Origin: Chiloscyllium plagiosum
Lineage: Eukaryota
Reading direction: 5' to 3'
DNA length: 64,000 bases
Assembly: GCF_004010195.1 (NCBI RefSeq)
Contig: NC_057712.1
Span: 73,890,696 to 73,954,695 of the forward strand
In this document: positions 50,347 through 61,222 of the stretch, one piece after another
How the letters are laid out: every line of letters begins with the position of its first letter
How positions within the stretch are numbered: the first letter of the stretch is position 1
The notes under the pieces: generated by a model
Told to the model about the DNA's origin: nothing
What the model saw: only the letters and a program-made list of their open reading frames with translations
The model's database searches: none
Program-made: the position numbers and the translations under genes

Positions 50347-51313
50347 CAAAGTCTGTGAGAAGATTTGTAGCTCGGTGCTCGTTGTTGTGGCTCTCTTCGC
50401 CGAGCTGGGAATTTGTGTTGCAGACATTTCGTCCCCTGTCTAGGTGACATCCTCAGTGCTTGGGAGCCTCCTATGAAGCGCTTCTGTTTGTTTCCTCCGG
50501 CATTTATAGTGGTTTGTCTCTGCCGCTTCCGGTTGTCAGTTCCAGCTGTCCGCTGCAGTGGCCGGTATATTGGGTCCAGGTCAATGTGTTTGCTGATAGA
50601 ATTTGTGGATGAGTGCCATGCCTCTAGGAATTCCCTGGCTGTTCTTAGTTTGGCTTGTCCTATAATAGTAGTATTGTCCCAGTCAAACTCATATTGCTTG
50701 TCATCTGCGTGTGTGGCTACTAAGGATAGCTGGTCGTGTCGTTTCATGGCTAGTTGGTGTTCATGGATACGGATCGTTAGCTGTCTTCCTGTTTGTCCCA
50801 TGTAGTGTTTTGTGCAGTCCTTGCATGGGATTTTGTACACTACGTTGGTTTTGCTCATGCTGGGTATCGTCTTTCCCTTAGGCATCTGTTGATGAAATTG
50901 CGGGGGTATCCGTTTTTGGCGAATACATTGTATAGGTGTTCTTCTTCCTCTTTTTGCAGTTCTGGTGTGCTGCAGTGTGTTGTGGCCCTTTTGAACAGTG
51001 TCTTGATGCAACTTCTTTTGTGTGTGTTGGGGTGGTTGCTTTCGTAGTTCAGGACTTGGTCTGTGTGTATGGCTTTCCTGTATACCTTTGTATACACAGA
51101 TTCTATCAACAAACACATCGACCTGGACCCAATATACCAGCCACTGCAACGGACAGCTGGAACTGACAACTGAAAGTGGCAGACACAAAGCACTATAAAT
51201 GCCGGAGGAAAAATCACAGAAGCGCTTCACAGGAGGCTCCCAAGCACTGAGGATGTCACTTAGACACATCTGCAACACAAATTCCCAGCTCGGCGAAGAG
51301 AACCACAACAATC
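50347..51313 (-). mobile_element. Penelope-like element (family C, Poseidon-like): RT C-terminus plus GIY-YIG, with an inverted terminal copy
   Basis: VYRKAIHTDQVLNYESNHPNTHKRSCIKTLFKRA..NGYP and NVVYKIPCKDCTKHYMGQTGRQL..RIHEH..REFLEAWH. About 50380-50605 is inverted at about 51097-51311. 10-bp TSD AATAGGTGTT at 50337-50346 and 51314-51323. Confidence 0.93.
50420..50459 (-). ncRNA. Minimal type-I hammerhead ribozyme motif (family C)
   Basis: GCA CUGAGGA U GUCACCU AGAC AGGGGAC GAAA UGUC UGC. CUGANGA and GAAA intact, stem I GCA/UGC, GUC triplet. Confidence 0.72.
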
Positions 51314-51395
51314 AATAGGTGTTTTCCATACCTGATGGCATGAGAGTTCTTGGAATCTGGTTCCATGTTAAAGATACAAAGGAACAGAACTTCTG

Positions 51396-51693
51396 ATTAG
51401 ATTAGATTTCCTACAGTGTGGAAACAGGCCCTTCGGCCCAACAAGTCCACACCGACCCTCCGAAGAGTAACCCACCCAAACCCATTTCCCTCTGACTAAT
51501 GCACCTAACACCATGGCCAATTCACCTGACCTGCACATCTTTGGACTGTGGGAGGAAACTGGAGCATCCGGAGGAAACCCACGCAGATGCGGGGAGAATG
51601 TGCAAACTCCACACAGTCACCCGAGGTTGGAATTGAACCTGGGACCCTGATGCTGTGAGGCAGCAGTGCTAACCACTGTGTCACAATGCTGCC
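51396..51693 (-). mobile_element. HE1-type SINE, full length
   Basis: Complete head, body and (CTAAT)n tail. TSD-like CTTCTGAT at 51390-51397 and CTTCTAAT at 51694-51701. Confidence 0.93.
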
Positions 51694-51828
51694 CTTCTAA
51701 TGAAGAGTCACCGGACTCAAAATGTTAAATCTGCCTTATTTCCAATAATGCTGCCAGACCTGCTGAGTTTTGCCAGCAATTTCTATTTTTGTTTCAGATC
51801 ACCAGCATCTACAGATCTTTGTTTTAAC
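51694..51828 (+). mobile_element. Short Penelope-derived repeat (family D) with degenerate hammerhead
   Basis: TT CTAATGA A GAGTC ACCG GACTC AAAA TGTT AA, followed by an ATGCTGCCAGACCTGCTGAG..CCAGCA tail related to family B. Confidence 0.7.
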
Positions 51829-52274
51829 TTATTATCTTCTGGATTGTATCCCCTCTGCTGTCACTCCCTTCTTACCTGATGGACAGGACATACTGATGGA
51901 GGAGTCTGAAATGTTAGCTGAAAGATGAGAATCTCTGAATTTGAATGTTTCAGATTGTAACCTGACCAGTCTGGACCATAGTGCTTCCAATTTTGAAACG
52001 AGTCCCCAAAAGTTAGTCGTGAGTACCAACGAGGCCAATCTAGAATGGGTGTGGTCTTGTCCAATAGGCAAACCAATTCTTATTGTTTTTCATTGTAATG
52101 GCTCAATGTAGCCTAGTGGCTTACTAAGCAAAGCAAAGATTAGTTAAATATCCACCACATTACTATGGGTCTGGAGTCATAGGATGAGAGGTTTTTCATG
52201 GGTGGAGGTCATGTGATGACATGCCCAGGCACATTGAGCACTAAACGAATGCTACAATGTTGAGCATGCTGCCT

Positions 52275-52490
52275 ATTCATAGAATCAGAGAACAGCTCAA
52301 GCCCAGAAGGAAGCCATTCAGGCCATCTAGTACATATTAACTATTTCATAGAGTCCCACTCCCAATACTTTCCCTGTAAAGCTACAAACATTTTCCCCTT
52401 CAGAAAATTATCCAATTTCCTTTTGAAAGCTATGGTGAATCAGCTTCCACTGCACTCTCAGGCAATGCAATCCATATCCTAGCTACTGTT
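52275..52490 (-). mobile_element. CR1 3' end, old
   Basis: CATAGAATC tail; the minus strand encodes IALPESAVEADS..AFKRKLD. Confidence 0.7.
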
Positions 52491-52899
52491 GGACATGATG
52501 TTAACCTGGCAACCAAGGTACATTCATCTTCAGTTGTTCCTTATGCACAATCTACTATTGATGTATACTCAAAATCTGGGCCACTAACAGTTTGTATCAG
52601 CTGCTTTGCACAATAGTTTAAGGAATAATATTGTGGTTGCATATTAATGGTTTGAATCTCACCTATGCTCTACATCATTTTCTCACTGTACACAATTAAT
52701 GCCCTGTTACGTATGAAGGCTTATAAATTATTCTTTGGTGTAATGCAAATAGAAAAATATTGTCAAGTATCTAGAGCTACAAGTTCCAGTAGACAACCTT
52801 GACAGTGTGAATTGCTGAGTTATTGTTTTACAGACAAAACTCATTTGCAAATTAGTCTAGGCCAGAGGCTAAGAATTCTGCAGTGAATAATTCACCCTT

Positions 52900-53965
52900 T
52901 GTCTCCGAAAAGAGTATCCACTAGGCACAAGTCAGGAATGTAATATGATATTCTCCATTTGCCTGAATGAGTGACACCATCCAGGACAAACGGCGCCCCA
53001 TCATTCTACTCGTTCAGTACTAACTCCCTTCACCAGCCATGCACAGGAGCAATAAGTGTGCCATCTACAAGACGCACTACATCAGTAACTCACCAAGGTT
53101 ATTTCAACTGCATCTCTCATACTCATGACATCTAACTCCTAGAAGGTCAAGGGCAGCAGATGAATGGGTACACCATCAACTGCAAGATCCCTTCTTAACC
53201 ACACACAATTCTTGGGGTTATATGCCATTCCTTCATTGTCATGAGGTCAAAATCCTAAAGCATCATTCCTAACTGTCCTGGGGGTGTCCCTACACCCCAA
53301 TGACAGAAGCTCACCACCACCTTCTCAAGGGCAAATAGGACAGTAAATGCTGGCCTAGCCAGTGGTGTGAATCAGAGGACAGTTACAATGATTAAGAGGC
53401 ATTTAGATACACACATAAACAGGCAGGGAATAGAACAGAACAGAACATAATAGAATAGAACAGAACAGAATAGAACAGAGTGGAAATTTATTGTCACATG
53501 CACCTTTACGTACAAAATACAGTGAAAAGTTTTATAAGTCACCGTACCATGGCACCTACGTTAATGATTGAAGTAATATATAATAATAAAAAAAGTAAAA
53601 TTAAAGCAAAGTTCATTACTGTTCAGTTAACGGCTCCTAGGCTCAGGAAAAGCCAATTAAGGAACAATGGAATACCATGCCGGTAGGAGACTGCCAGTCT
53701 GTGATGAGACATCACATCATTTGGCCGGGAGATGCCTTCCAACAAAGGCATTAAAAGACAGTAAGATGAATTTTGATAATAACTAATAACTGTGGTGGCT
53801 CAGCTTTTCCTGTTAGGTCTACACCCTCCACCACAAAGAGGGATATGGACCATGTACAGAGAGATAGAATTAGTTTAGAATGGCAACATGGTTAGCATAG
53901 ACATGGTGAGCTGAAGGGCCGGTTTCTGCACTGTACTGTTCTATGATCTATCCCATGAATGAACT
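52900..53965 (+). mobile_element. L2-like LINE 3' end containing a CR1 3' end, which itself contains an antisense insertion with an (AGAAY)n tail
   Basis: L2-like at 52900-53373, resuming ATCCCATGAATGAA at 53950. CR1 pieces at 53374-53430 and 53836-53949. Microsatellite at 53430-53478. Confidence 0.75.
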
Positions 53966-54911
53966 CAAACAATAATCTAAATTAGCTTCATAAATAAAAT
54001 AAACTGGGTTAAAGTTATCATGGTTTAAGAGATGGATATTCAAAATAAACTGTTAACAGCTCATAAACTGCAATCTGTCAATCCTGAATATGCAATAATA
54101 AAAATGCGGTATTTAATATCATTATACAACAAGACATCATAATTCTGCATTCACCAACATTATCCCATATTGCTAACTATTTGCAGAATGACACTGTGAT
54201 TATTTTTTAATTGGTTAGCTTGGGACTGGAAGTGGCCATTTTTTTTCCTTTTCCCACTACACCTCAAAAGGTTTTTATTTTGGTTTTGCAAATGTAGAAT
54301 TCAAAGACTAGAGAGTGCTGACAGAGAAATAATTTCTACATATGCTTCAAGAAAATCATCAGCAAGAATAACAGATTCTAAACTTAACTCAAGCCAAGTT
54401 TTACCCTTAGGGCACACATGCAGGATTTGTTTTTTTGTTTTGTGCAATGACTAGTCTGAAAGAGATGCTCTATACGCAATGGACCACACTAGTTCCACAT
54501 TAAAACATTCTACTGTAAGCACAAATAATACTAAACCGCCATTTTACAGAAATTATGGTTCCAGGAAAATTAAAACAGTGAATTAGAAGTGGTAAATGGG
54601 CTAAACAGAAAGATCACAGACAATGTTCTAGTAAGCCAATTCAGCTATATGAACCCAAATAAGATGCAATGGCCTCAGCACTTGCTCATTTCCTGTTCAA
54701 ATGTGATCTTTGTTTTTTTTTAAGTCAATGTGCAGTTTGCAGTGCTTGAGTATCAGACAGTTGGTACTTTTTTGGCCTTTGAGAGTGGCCAGAAACTCTC
54801 TTGTCGATTTGAATGTGTTTACTAATGTGTAATCACACATTCTTCTTAATAGCGAACCTTAGCTCTACTCTGAGAAGTGAGAGGGGAATAAACCAAAAGC
54901 TCGTCATGGGC

Positions 54912-55035
54912 ATAACAAAGACAGAAAGTGGTGGAAAAACTCAGCAGGTCTGACAGCATCTATGTAGAGAGAAACAGAGTTAATGTTTCAAAACTGAAAT
55001 AAAAACAGTTCAGAAGAAGTCATACTCCACAGAAT
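54912..55035. mobile_element. Family D repeat, partly palindromic remnant
   Basis: AACTCAGCAGGTCTGACAGCATC..AGAGTTAATGTTTC is the reverse complement of the 51720-51790 type; followed by a plus-strand TTCAGAAGAAGTCA remnant. Confidence 0.65.
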
Positions 55036-56789
55036 TCACTCTCCAACTGGGAATAATATTTCTTTGATCTAGTTATGAGCTACTGCCTGCAACCATTCAG
55101 TGAAGCACCAACTGTTACATCTACCGACCCCAGCTCTCCGTTAAAGTAGGCTTCTATTAATACTTTGCACACAGACAAACATGCAATTTCATGCTAGAAT
55201 CAATTAAGTTGAAATGTGGTACATGTAATATTAAAGTTAAATGTAATCTTTGGGTGAAGAAAGAATTATTCCATTCAAAATAACACAGCCATGTTTTGTG
55301 TAGAAACATATTGGAGGTATGACCTTATTGGTAGTTCTCTCCAACTCTGACTCTCTTTTCAACTTGCAAAGAAAAACTTGAGAGCTTTATAATCTATTCT
55401 CATTACCCTCATCATTAATGACTGATTATGGTGTGTCAAGTGTTCTTACTGTGTGTTATAATGAACAAGATCATCAGAAAGGATACATTTCTGACAAAAT
55501 AACAGCTGTCAACTTGTTTACATCCTGTCTTCCCTGCTCCATCTCCCTATCTCAAAACTGCCGTGGCTAACCAATCCCCAAAGTCTCTGTAAAGAATAGA
55601 CAGATCGTACCATCTGTAATTCCAGCAAACAATGAATGCATTGTCAGATCAATCGTAGCCTGGCAAATCAAATCCTAAACTGCCCTGGAAACTAAGAATA
55701 TTTAACCATTTCAGTATTTCTAGCTACAGCAGGAACATGTCAGCTAACTACGTAAAACAAAACCAAAAGCTTTAACAATGTGAGATAAAATGAAATGTCA
55801 ATCTTATATATGTGGATACAGCATAAGGCTAAATATGGAAAGGAAATTGCATGATTCCCCAAGATGGAGTTCCATTAAGCTTCTTATCAAATATAGGCCT
55901 TGGCAGGCATTACAGTTCCAGAATTGAAGTTATATTAAAGGGACAGAAGAGCTCCAACAATTTGTTTCTAATTTGAATAAAGGCTCCTCCAAGGTGATAG
56001 TCTGCAAATTTGCTACATGATGTTTGAGAGTGCGGTCTGGGACTGGATAGGTAACATTCCTGTTGCAAAGGAGGAAGAGAAAGCAAGTTGGCACGTGTTC
56101 ATGGCAATTCATTAAGCCACCCCCCACGTGTCTTTCTCAGATATCCCACCATTCTAATGCCTGATTTGGAAGGAATATCCTCCCTACTATATTTCATAGA
56201 ATCATGCTGTACAGATGGCCCTTTAAGTCTGTACCACCAAAAATATACTACTACCTACACCAGTCCTACTTCCCCACTCTAAGCCTACAGCCTTGAATGT
56301 TACAACATTTCAAGTGCTCATGCAAGTACTTTTTAAAAGTTGGGAGATTTCCTATCTCAACTACCCTAACTCTATTTGACCAGGATTCACTTGAAGTCCA
56401 CACGTAGAAGTACAAAATGCACAACACATGATCGATTAGTAGCTTTTTGAGAGTTTAAGACAGATATGTTTAAATTTAGAATCATCCACCTGCCATTTTC
56501 CCCATTTATTTTCTCAGCTGTCATATCATCGCCATAAGAGGCGGTGCGAGACACCAGTCACTTTCCCCAGCTGAAAAGGATATTTAATTTTCATTAAACA
56601 TTGCTTGAGTGAAATGCAGCAAAAAATATTCTAATAGCAATCATTATTTCACTGATGAAGCCAGGTTTTTGACTATTTTGATGGTCATTTAATTTTTTTA
56701 TTTTATTCATTCACTGAATATGGGCATCACTCACTTAAAAGCATTTATTTATCACATGTAATAGCCCTTGGGTATGTGATGGTAAGCTA

Positions 56790-57320
56790 CATTAGAGTCA
56801 CAGAGTCATACTGCATAGAAACAGATGCTTTGGTCCAACCCATCTGTGCCAACCAACCATTCCAATCTGGCTTTGTCCTATTTGCAAGCACTTGGCCCAT
56901 ATCCCGCGAAACCCTTCTCTTCATGTAACCAGCCGAATGTCTTTTAAATGTTGTAATTGTACCCACTTCCACCAGTTTCTCTGGCAGTTAATTCCATACA
57001 TGCATCACCCTCTGTGTGAAAGAAGTTACCCCTCAGGCCCTTTTTAAATCTTCCTTGTCTCACCTTAAACCTGACCCCTTTAGTTTTGGACTCCCCCATC
57101 CTCGGAAAAAGACCTTGGCGATTCACCCTATCCTTGCCCCACATAATTTTATGAACTCTATAAGGTCACCCTTCAGCCTACAAAAAAGCTCCAGCCTATT
57201 CAACATCTCCCTATAACTGCAACCATCCAATCCCAGCAATATCCTTGCAAACCTTTTCTGCACCCTCGCAAGTTTAACAACATTCTTCTTATAGAAAGGC
57301 AACCAGAATTGTACCAAAAC
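56790..57320 (-). mobile_element. HER1/CR1 3' portion, followed by a family B tail (57322-57390), both inside an L2-like LINE (about 56700-57800, minus)
   Basis: VQFWLP..RVQKRFARIL..LKGDLIE..RGNFF motifs. The flanks encode SFTVAGSKSWNSLP and the GAATGAATAAAA tail. Confidence 0.85.
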
Positions 57321-59305
57321 GTCTGTGCTTTTTCCAGCTCCACTCTTTATCCACTCTGACTCTCCAGCATCCGTAGTCTTCACTATCTCCAAGTCCATGG
57401 TGAGTAGGAACATCCACAGTGCTGCTTGGAAGGGAGTTCCAAGATTTTGACCCAGCAACAGTAAAGGAACAGCAATGTAGTTCTAAGTCAGGATGGTGTA
57501 TACTTGCTGAAAATCTTGGTTGTGGCGTTTCCATGCGTCTGCTATCCTTGCCCTTCTAGATAATAGACTTCATGGGTTAGGCAGGTATTGTCAAAGAAGC
57601 TTTGCTGGATTGTTAGAGTACATCTTGTCGACAGTATACACTGTTGCCAATGTGCATCAGTGATTAAGTAAGTGATTGTCAAATGGGATGACTGTCAAGA
57701 GGCTGTTTTCTCTTTGATGGTGTCAGGTTTCTTGACTGTAGCTGGAGCTACACCCATCCATGCAAATGTGCAATACTGCAACACACTTCTCACCTGTGGC
57801 TAATAAGCTACAGATACTGACGAGCTTAGAAAAAAAATACAAGTGTTACTAGGTCCATGACAATCAGATGCAAAAGGTTGAGATCTCTTCCTTTACAGCA
57901 ATTCCAGGCTAGCAGCATGGCACTCAGGACTGAGACTTCAGCTCAGGAACATTCCTCATTTCAGTCTGTAATATTGATAGTTTGCACAGTTGTGAAACAA
58001 CAAAAAATCTATGTAGCTTAGTTCTATACAGTACAGCACAATATTCAGAATTGTATCAAATTAAATGCATTGTAAACCAAAATTAGCACAATATAAAGTC
58101 TGTTAAGCAGAATTGTAGAGTCATTTGAAGCAACCTGTTAAAAGGAACTGCATTGAGATGTTCTGAGAGGTGTTTCCTCTAAGTGTATACGAAGAAACTT
58201 TCTAAGATTTGATCTTGGTTAATAGGTATCACTGACAATGGCTCAGTCTGCATTGAGGGTGAGCAGCTTGACATAACTGAGTAGCTTGCTAGGTCCTTTC
58301 AGAGGGCATTTAAGACTCACTGTTGTGAGACTGCAACCAGAGCAGTTGAATACAGCATATTTCCCTCACTAAATGACATTAGTGAATCAGATGGGTTTCT
58401 ATGACAACCAACAGCTTTGTGGTCATTTTTACTAATCACCAGCTTTAAAATTCAGTTCAAATTCTCAAATCGCTATTTGTATTGAAATATGTGTGCTGTT
58501 AATTATTTGTTGAAGCTTACTAATCCAGTAACAGCCATTACATTACTGTAAATGCATTTGAGATATATTATCATTAAAAAGGATGTACATACATTATGCT
58601 GGATGCTCATTCAAATCTGATTTGTGTGTTTTTGGGTTATTCTGTCAAGATCCTGAGATCTATCTAATGTTTTTGAAAGATGCAATTAAGACGAAGTTAG
58701 GATAAAATTTCCAAGATGTTAATGACACTTTATTAAGTTGTTAAGTGTATAAATAGGTTTTGTTAGGATGTCAGCCCTTCCTGTCTGATTTTTCTCTCTG
58801 CACTTTTCTTTAAAAATCATTTATGGGATGATCGCTAACTACGCCAGCATTTATTGCCCAGAGGGCAGTTAAGAGTCAACCACATTGCAGTGGGTCTGGA
58901 TTCATATGTAGGCCAGACAAGGTGAGGATGGCAGTTTCCTTCCCTGAACGATGGCTATCATTGCGTTAACTGCCATGGCAGGATTTGAGCACTGTCTGGA
59001 TTAAAAGCCCTTTCAATAATAATCTTAGGCCATCACCCTGCCCAACTAATACTCAAACCCAGCCAGTAAAATTGCCCTATTATCTTTTAATATTATTTCT
59101 CGGCTAATCATTAGGTCACTACTAGGTGTACAGTCACATTAGCTCCAGCCAAAATACCACACACACTATTCTGTTTGGTACGGGTATTACTGGGGTGGTT
59201 TTTCATCCTTGAAAGTATATTTGCAACAAGTAAGAATAATCCTCACTCCTGTTCCATGGGTAAAGATACATGAAAGACATTCAAATTGGTGTAACACTAC
59301 ACTAA

Positions 59306-59628
59306 TCACAGAATCCCTACAGTGTGGAAACAGGCCCTTCGGCCCAACAAATCCACACCAACCCTCCAAAGAGTATCCCACCTAAACCCATTCCCATAAC
59401 TCTACGTTTACCCCTGATTAACACATCTCTGAACACTATGGGCAATTTACCATGGCCAATTCACTTAACCTGCACATCTTTGGATTGTGGGAGGAAACTG
59501 GAGCACCTAGAGGAAACCCACACAGGCATGGGGAGAATGTGCAAACTCCACACAGACAGTCGCCCGAGGCTGGAATCAAATCCTGGCACTGTGAGGCAAC
59601 AGTGCTAACCACTGAGCCACGGTGCTTC
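59306..59628 (-). mobile_element. HE1-type SINE, full length
   Basis: Head, body and GGGATTCTGTGA tail on the minus strand. Confidence 0.93.
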
Positions 59629-60511
59629 CCCAAGTACATAAGATGTTGTAACAGAAATACAATAAGAATCAATATAATGTTCCCTGAAACAAAAATCAGA
59701 AATAGTTGGAGACTTGTCATAAACTTTCCTAGGCTGATACTGGGATAGCTTTTCTAACACCTTAACTAAAGTTGAAAATGTAGTAAAGATCTTCATTTTT
59801 GGTTGCTCTGTCACTCTGAACTACTCGATTTAGCAAGCATACATGGTCTCTATAACATGAACAAATAATCTGGACCTGATGTGTGTATATTCCAGAGCAG
59901 TAACAATCAATATCCATTTAATTCAATGCCATTTCCTGAGCAAGTAAACAAGAAAGTCTTTGTATCCTGACTGCGTACTATACTGACACCATTCTGTAGT
60001 TATGCTGAGATACTGCTGGAGTGACATGCATCTCAGTCATGGCTCAAAACAGGAGATAACCAATTGGCAGTCAGCTTTACACTGCAGGCAGCATTGCCAG
60101 CCAGAACTTCATATTGGACAATTGAGTATTTGTTTTGTACAATTTTCAGACTATTCACAAAAAGATCAGACAGTACCACACAAGATTTTTTCCAGTCCAT
60201 ACTGCTGACGGGCAAGGCTCCCTTTAAGGGAATGCAAAATCATAAAATCTTATTTAGATTAGCACATATAGCATGGAGTATAAGGTCACTGTTCATTCTT
60301 AGTTTTAGTTAAGCTGTTCAAATGTTTGGGTGCATTGTAAACAGGCCTTGAACATGAAGAAAGAGCAAATTCAACTATTTAGGACCCCTCCCAGAGACTT
60401 GTTACATAAGGGGGACTGTTGTCAATTATAACTTGCTAAAAGATACAAAACTATGATCAGCAATCATGATTGATGGTATCCTGTGTTTTATGATTTCTTT
60501 ACTGATGGCTC

Positions 60512-61222
60512 AATTAGAAAGCAAAGAGATTGGTTATTGGGATTGAATAATTGTTGGACATTAGTCACTTCATTTGATCATTGTACACAGTTAGGCAGTC
60601 ATGTTTTAAGGTGTAAAATTAACACGTACTTCAGGAGAGTATGCTAGAAGACTGTTTACCCCTCCCCACGTTTCTTCACCTATTCACTTTAAGGAGTTCT
60701 TCCATACTTTAAGAGGGAAATGCAAATGTAGGGATTAGCTGACAGTGGGGAACATGATGTGAACATATGTACTAGATGAGCTGTGATTAGGAAGAAAGCA
60801 AATAGAATGGATGGGGGCATTGAAGGTTCAAGAGAGATAAATGTCAGTTTGCTGCATCTTCTTTCAAGTATCCTGTCCTCACTAGATTATTTGATCCAAT
60901 TCTAAATAAATACAAATGTTCTAAAATTCCAAACCAGGTGGACTCCAGAACAGCTCTGTCCACCCTTTTATAAACTTCCTCCTCCCCATCTCCCAGATTA
61001 TAAGAATTTCTCTCAGGGGTCACAAATTAGAAAGCAAAGAGATTGCTTATTGGGATTGAATAATTGTTGGACATTAGTCACTTCATTTGATCATTGTACA
61101 CAGTTAGGCAATGTTCTAAAATTCCAAACCAGGTGGACTCCAGAACAGCTCTGTCCACCCTTTTATAAACTTCCTCCTCCCCATCTCCCAGATTATAAGA
61201 ATTTCTCTCAGGGGTCACAAAT
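60512..61222 (+). repeat. Complex local duplication A-X-B-A'-B'
   Basis: A 60512-60597 matches A' 61025-61110 (86 bp, 1 mismatch). B 60915-61027 matches B' 61110-61222 (113 bp, identical by eye). Confidence 0.95.

Larger units (their letters stand above)
49780..51360 (-). mobile_element. Degraded L2-like LINE endonuclease region hosting the 50347-51313 element
   Basis: The minus strand around the insertion reads CTCATGCCATCAGG..AAAACACCTATT|AATTACCACC..TCAACTGATGAGTCAGTACT, an APE-like region of the same LINE family. Confidence 0.5.

Noticed and set aside
50346-51311. 321-aa ORF as a functional or domesticated nuclease
   Set aside because: It is a chimera of the antisense inverted repeat, out-of-frame RT and the endonuclease of a truncated element.
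53430-53478. (AGAAC/AGAAT)n as an independent satellite
   Set aside because: It is the antisense 3' tail of a retroelement.
60598-60914. Segment X as a spliced-out intron (retrocopy origin of A'B')
   Set aside because: It starts with GT but does not end in AG, and the minus strand has no GT-AG pair at these junctions.
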